Assembly (NCBI GenBank): GCA_951406725.2
Contig: OX597836.1
Location: forward strand, 16,182,001-16,246,000
Length of the DNA stretch: 64,000 nucleotides
Reading direction: 5' to 3'
Origin: Octopus vulgaris
Taxonomy: Eukaryota
Positions 57,241 through 64,000 of this stretch are shown one piece after another. The stretch's first letter is position 1. Each line of letters opens with the position of its first letter. Position numbers and translations under genes: made by a program. The notes below the pieces were generated by a model that saw only the letters and a program-made list of their open reading frames with translations, searched no databases and had not been told where the DNA came from.

Positions 57241-57382
57241 TCTGTGAGCGAATCTTTAGTAAATACGTACTCGGAAGTGTTTATATACAACACAGTTCAG
57301 CAGTTAATGCATGTGTGCGCGCACGCACGAGCGTGTATGTGTGCGCGTGCGTATGTGTGAGTAGACAGATAATGTATACACG

Positions 57383-57581
57383 TTCTGTTGTGTCTGGGGA
57401 GAGTCATTTTCGTTGCGTCTTGCAACCTTTTCGATAGTCTTGACTCAAGACTATTGAAAAGGTTGCAAGACGTAACGAAAATTTTAGGAAAATAAAAATA
57501 AGAAAAAAGTGTAAATTTTACCGGTGAGTGCGTTAAATAATTAGGCACAAAAAGAAAATGGCTCTCCCAGACACAACGGAA
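57383..57581. repeat. Fold-back inverted repeat
   Basis: 38-bp arms at 57406-57443 and 57445-57482 (2 mismatches, 1-nt centre); outer arms at 57383-57411 and 57554-57581. Confidence 0.9.
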
Positions 57582-57841
57582 TATGCTTCAACACACGAAC
57601 TCACATAAAGAATCTTGCAAACCAAATCCAGAAACGAAGTATACACGTTCGCTTTAGAAGAAACATCTAAATTCGTTCAGCCACGAAGCGTTTATCACTA
57701 AATAGGCTCAACGAGAAAATTCAAAATTAATGAAGTTAGTTTTAAGATGGGCTACGACAACTATCTGAATAAAGTTGAACAGGATGGAAGAACCTCTGTC
57801 TGTCTGTCTGTCTCTCCCCCCCACATGTATATATATATATT

Positions 57842-57884
<43 letters not shown>

Positions 57885-58027
57885 GTGTGTGTGCGTGTGT
57901 GTGTGTGTGTGTGTATGCTTGTATTAATGTACATATATAAATTTATGTATGAATATATATATATACATATACATATATAAATGTATGCACGCATGTATGT
58001 ATGTATGTATGTATGTATGTATATAGT

Positions 58028-58409
58028 GGAGGCGCAATGGCCCAGTGGGTAGGGCAGCGGACTCGCGGTCATAGGATCGCGGTTTCGATTCCCAGACCGG
58101 GCGTTGTGAGTGTTTATTGAGCGAAAACACCTAAAACTCCACGAGGCTCCGGCAGGGGATGGTGGTGATCCCTGCTGTACTCTTTCACCACAACTTTCTC
58201 TCACTCTTACTTCCTGTTTCTGTTGTACCTGTATTTCAAGGGCCCGGCCTTGTCACTCTCTGTGTCACGCTGAATATCCCCGAGAACTGCGTTAAGGGTA
58301 CACGTGTCTGTGGAGTGCTCAGCCACTCACACGTTAATTTCACGAGCAGGCTGTTCCGCTGATTCGGATCAACCGGAACCCTCATCGTCGTAACCGACGG
58401 AGTGCTTCC
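58028..58409 (+). mobile_element. SINE family B, full length, tail variant 2
   Basis: GGAGGCGCAATGGCCCAGTGG...GGTTTCGATTCC; matches 4754-5138. Confidence 0.9.
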
Positions 58410-58739
58410 ATGTATGTATGTATGTATGTATATATGTATGTATGTAGGCAAATCAAGGCGTAAAAAAAAAACAGGAAAATGAACGAAGGTCAATTAGACG
58501 TACACAATGATTATATTAAGACTGACACTCAATGAAAATTTTAGATGAAAAAAAAACAAAACAAAACAGGGGTGGAAGTAATGTTTCGAGCATGGTTCTT
58601 TGTCGGAAGGAGTAGATAATTTGAAGAAAAGCACGCGTGTCGTTATATGTCCGAAAAATACTGACCGGAAGTTGGAGAATGATAGAGAATGTGGTCTTCG
58701 AAGTCAAGAGAGTGCAAAAACGGGCATTTTATATATATA

Positions 58740-59117
58740 TACTCTTTTACTCTTTTACTTGTTTCAGTCATTTGACTGCGGCCATGCTGGAACACCGCCT
58801 TTAATCGAGCAACTCGACCTCGGGACTTATTATTTGTAAGCCCAGTAGTTATTCTATCGGTCTCTTTTGCCGAACCGCTAAGTGACGGGGACGTAAACAC
58901 ACCAACATCGGTTGTCAAGCAATGCTAGGGGGACAAACACAGACACACACATACATATATATATATACATATATACGACAGGGTTCTTTCAATTTCCGTC
59001 TACTAAATCCACTCACAAGGCATTGGTCGGCCTGGGGCTATAGCAGAAGCCACTTGCCCAAGATGCCACGCAGTGGGACTGAACCCGGAACCATGTGGTT
59101 GGTTAGCAAGCTACTTA

Positions 59118-59120
<3 letters not shown>
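58740..59120 (-). mobile_element. SINE family A
   Basis: Body and tail match the family; the head is clipped at (CA)n. Confidence 0.85.
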
Positions 59121-59205
<85 letters not shown>

Positions 59206-60363
59206 TTTACTTGTTTCAGTCATTAGACTGCGACCAGACTTTGACTTCACATAAATTAAAAACCCCAGGAGCGTAGTTTCGTAGTGGTGGCCGGTCTGTA
59301 CCGGGCGGCGCTTTTATGGGAATGGTATTTTCGGATCTTCTGTATAAACCTATACTTGAAGGCCCGGGGTGGGAGGGAGGCGAGGGTAATCTCAAGTGCT
59401 ATCCGGGCTGCACACACTCCAGCCGCGCCAAATTTTACCCTTAGCCCCACGTCTATTAACCCGAAGAATTTCGGACAACACTTAGTGGAAAATCGGTAAA
59501 AGATTAAAGTCTGAAATGTTTACAAAAAAACCGCAGACAACGATTGCCCTCACTAAACTCGAACCAATATGGAGAGAGAGTAAAGATAAGAACGATAAAA
59601 CCAGACGCTTGAAATACCACTTTCTATCTTCCTGTTTGTATGCGTGACACGAACTCTCGTAGCAGAGGTTCAAAGGAAGATAATGACTATTGGATATGAG
59701 ATGTTAGGGCAATATCTTTGGTAACTCTCACTTGGAACTGCATCTCGAGAGTTAAATTGGTTCACGAAACACTTTAGCACCACATTCGTACCCCGTGAAG
59801 ATCTTGCGTATGTGAGCAGATAGATAATAAATACACGTTCGCTTCACAGAAACGTGTCTTAATTCGTTGTAAACACGAAGCGTTTATCATGAAATGAACT
59901 CAATGAGAAAATTTCAAAATTAATGAAATTAAGAAGAGATACGTCAGTAACGTTGTTGTCTCTCTGTGTGAATAAAATAGAACAGAATGAAGTAAAACGA
60001 TGAAGGAAAGAGAGTTGAGATGGTGTAGATGTATAACAAGGTCCCGTGGCTTTGTTTAAAAAACTTTTATTTGAGGAGTCACACATGGAGAAAGGAGAGG
60101 TGGAGAGAGAGGAAATGACGGACACACAGCAAGAAGGAATGAACGGGAAGTTCTTGAGTGGAGATTCAAACTCTGTGAGGAGACAATCGGTGGGCAATTT
60201 CGTCAGAACGGTGCCTCCACGGATCCATCGGTAACTGAGGGCTCAAGACAGAGCATATGTATGTATGTGCATGTGTGTGTTTGTGTGTGTGTGTGTGTGT
60301 GTACGTGTGTGTGCGTGCGTGCATGAACTCATGTATATACATTCAGGTATAGGGATACACACA

Positions 60364-60476
<113 letters not shown>

Positions 60477-60546
60477 GTCTGTCTGTCTGTCTGTCTGTCT
60501 GCCTGGCTGCCTGCCTGGCTGCCTGCTTGGCTGTCTGTCTGTCTAG

Positions 60547-60590
<44 letters not shown>

Positions 60591-60631
60591 TTGACTATCT
60601 GTCTTGCTATCTGTCTACATACGTATATGTG

Positions 60632-60664
<33 letters not shown>

Positions 60665-61131
60665 ATGTGTGTAATTGTTTATATGTCAGTGTGTATATTA
60701 ATTAGAACAACTGGTAAATTAGCCTAATTCCATTAAGTCAATGCACACACCTTATGTTTTCGTACACGAATCACATCTGTACGAAACGAACTGTGATCTG
60801 TTTTCCTACAAACGCGCATGCGCACTTTGAAATGCATGTACACACACACACACACACATGCATGCACACACTTTTATAAAGGCGTATATTCATATACATA
60901 CGCAAGTGACAGGTACATAGCCGTAAACATACCCTTACACAGGAACACATATTCATGTGTGTGTGTGAATGAGTGGGGGGGGGGTGCATACATGTGTGTG
61001 TGTGTGTGTGCATATGTACACATACTCACGTACGTGGGTATACATACACTACAAAAGTGTCCACGACTACGTAAACATACAAATATTTAGCCATGAAACA
61101 CACACATACATATATGCAATGTTTATGTCTG

Positions 61132-61179
<48 letters not shown>

Positions 61180-61378
61180 AAGAGGCTTCCAAATAGGAAA
61201 GCCTTGCGCTAGAAAGAGCAGTAGAAAACTCAAAACCACCAAATAAGGATGAATTTTCGAAAGGAATGAAAATTAAAAACGTTTACCATCTCAGTTATTT
61301 CCCAGACCATGGTTTCTAACAATTTCCAGCAAAAAAAATATTTGCTGAAGGCCACTTTCTTATTACCCTATTATCATT

Positions 61379-61442
<64 letters not shown>

Positions 61443-61710
61443 TTATATATATTCTTTTAGTCTTTTATTTGTTTCAGCCATTTGACAGCGACCATGCTAG
61501 AGAACCGCCTTTAGCCGAACAAATCGACCCCAGGACTTATTCTTTTTAAGTCTTGTACTTATTCTATAGGTCTCTTTTGCCGAACCTCTAAGTTATGGGT
61601 AAACACACAACATCGATGTAAACACACCAATTTCTACAAGGCTTAGGTCGGCCCGAGGCTATAGCAGAAGACTTTGCCCAAGGTGTCACGTAGAGGAACT
61701 CAACCCGGAA

Positions 61711-61777
<67 letters not shown>

Positions 61778-62026
61778 ATATATATTTATTAATTCAAATT
61801 ATTTATTAATTCACAAAGGGATATAAGGCTAAAAATCACGTTAATGATTTTTTTATCAAGTAGTCAGCTTGCTATAAAAATTCATAGGCAATTAATACAT
61901 TAAATTGATAATAATAATGTACATGTGTATATAATTATATCAAGGGAGATTGGGCGAAAGGACCTTTCTCCAGCATGCTTGAAGTGCCGATACCTTCAAA
62001 AACTATATATATATATATTTGTGTAA

Positions 62027-62057
<31 letters not shown>

Positions 62058-62324
62058 TGTATGTATGTATGTATGTATGTATGTATGTATGTATGTTTGC
62101 ATGCATGTATGTATGTATTCTCATGCATATATTTGCATATCTAGACATCGCTTGACAACCGGCCGATAAAATAAGCACTAGGCTTACAAAGTGGTTCGGC
62201 AAAAGATACCGATAGAATAAGTCCTGGGGACGATTTGCTCGACTAAAGGCGGTACCCCAGTATGGTCGCAGTCAAATGACTGAAACAAGTAAAAGAGTAA
62301 AAAATACAAACGCACACACACACA

Positions 62325-62363
<39 letters not shown>

Positions 62364-63829
62364 GTGTGTAGATATGTAAGAGAATAAGGTGTACGTACGC
62401 CGCAGTAATATATATATATGTGTATATATATACACATATATATATACATATATGCATGCATACATACATACATATACACACATATATATATATACTCACA
62501 CAAACACAGATGCTCATGTTTTAAATTCTATTTATCTTTTGTGTATTATCATATACACACATGCACACATAAATAGGGGAACATGCACACATACATACAC
62601 ATCCAAGATCCACGTAACACAATGAACCATTGCCATATATCCGGCACGTCACATCACTAACATAACCACCATCATCACCACCACCACTATAATCATTACA
62701 ACTAACATCACCATCACCAGCAGCATTCTCCTCACAACCATCATTACAGCAACAATGGCCATATCACCACTACCATAACTATTACCACCTTTATTACAAC
62801 TACCAACATCACCGCCACCGCCACCAAGACCACCACAACCACCGCCACTAGAGTCATCACTGCAATCACAACTACACTGACCAACACCGTCAGCATTATC
62901 ACCACCACCACCACCACCACCACCACCACCACCACCACCACCACTACCACCACCACTACCATCACATATACGTTAACCACTACAAAGCACCAATAAAAAT
63001 GTATTGATACGTAAGATGTGCAATCTGGCTGCAATTCACAGGTTGTGCTCGACCGACTGCATTTGCTGCTTTCTGCCAGATCTCTTTGATGCAATAATGC
63101 AGCGTGCACATTGGCCATTGCAGTTGTAAGTGTACACATATACGCACACATAAACATACACACAGTCACGTACACATACTCAGAGATGTGCATACGTAGA
63201 TGTATTTATATATATATATATATAATCTGCATATATATATATATTTTTATGTATGTACCTGCAACTAAAACCGTTGTTGCATATTGGTTATTGCAGATCT
63301 AAAAGCTCGCATGCAACCAACATATGCAGATGCATATTGCTGCACACATGCATAAAGTAATCATCACACACATACATGCAAAAATACACACACATACATG
63401 AACACGTATCTGTGTGTTTGTATACATATATATTATATATTAATGTATGAGTATATATATATATATATGTGTGTATAGATATACATATAAATATATACAT
63501 ATAAATATATACATATATACACACATATATATGTACATATTTATATCTATATACATATACATACATACATATATATATATATGAGTGTATGTATGTATGT
63601 ATGTATGTATGTATGTATGTATGTATGTATGCATGTATATATATATATATATACATACATACATACATACATACACACAAATACAAGCATGCAGCAAATA
63701 CATAATACTTTTGCAATACAGATATGATGGTTATTGAAAATATAATCACACATACAAAACATGGAAGCCAACACACACACACATACTCCCGCTCACTCTT
63801 TCATATACATACATACATACATACATACA

Positions 63830-63861
<32 letters not shown>

Positions 63862-64000
63862 AGAAAATATGCTCTTGCATATATACACACAGACACGTAT
63901 ATACAATGCACCTACACAGATACACACAGAGGCAGAACTATAAACACATCTCAAAATGCTCATACACACACGCACAAATTCAACACACACACACCGACAC

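Noticed and set aside
58028-58100. tRNA-like sequences with A and B boxes
   Set aside because: They are SINE heads that continue into SINE bodies and lack a proper acceptor stem
63042-63125. Plus-strand segment bounded by CACAG and GTAAGT
   Set aside because: Weak polypyrimidine tract, no recognisable protein and no partner exons

Overview
Eukaryotic, AT-rich and very microsatellite-rich DNA. The SINE types and repeat density suggest an octopod cephalopod (inference). Almost all listed ORFs are translated simple repeats. The only clear host coding sequence is the last exon of a 9-cysteine TGF-beta family ligand (activin/inhibin-beta/myostatin type; minus strand, 35864..34939). Its upstream exon was not found, so the sequence above 35.9 kb is probably intron. 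The rest consists of three tRNA-headed SINE families (one forming 184-bp tandem multimers), hAT and mariner MITEs, a non-autonomous Helitron, a decayed LINE endonuclease and Penelope-like elements (PLEs). The most striking unexplained signal is about 12 hammerhead-ribozyme-like motifs, many in short elements beside (TA)n tracts. Four have canonical cores, including a pair in the inverted pLTRs of a young GIY-YIG PLE, and a three-copy family has a consistent non-canonical CUGUNGA core. Everything was read by eye, so boundaries are approximate.
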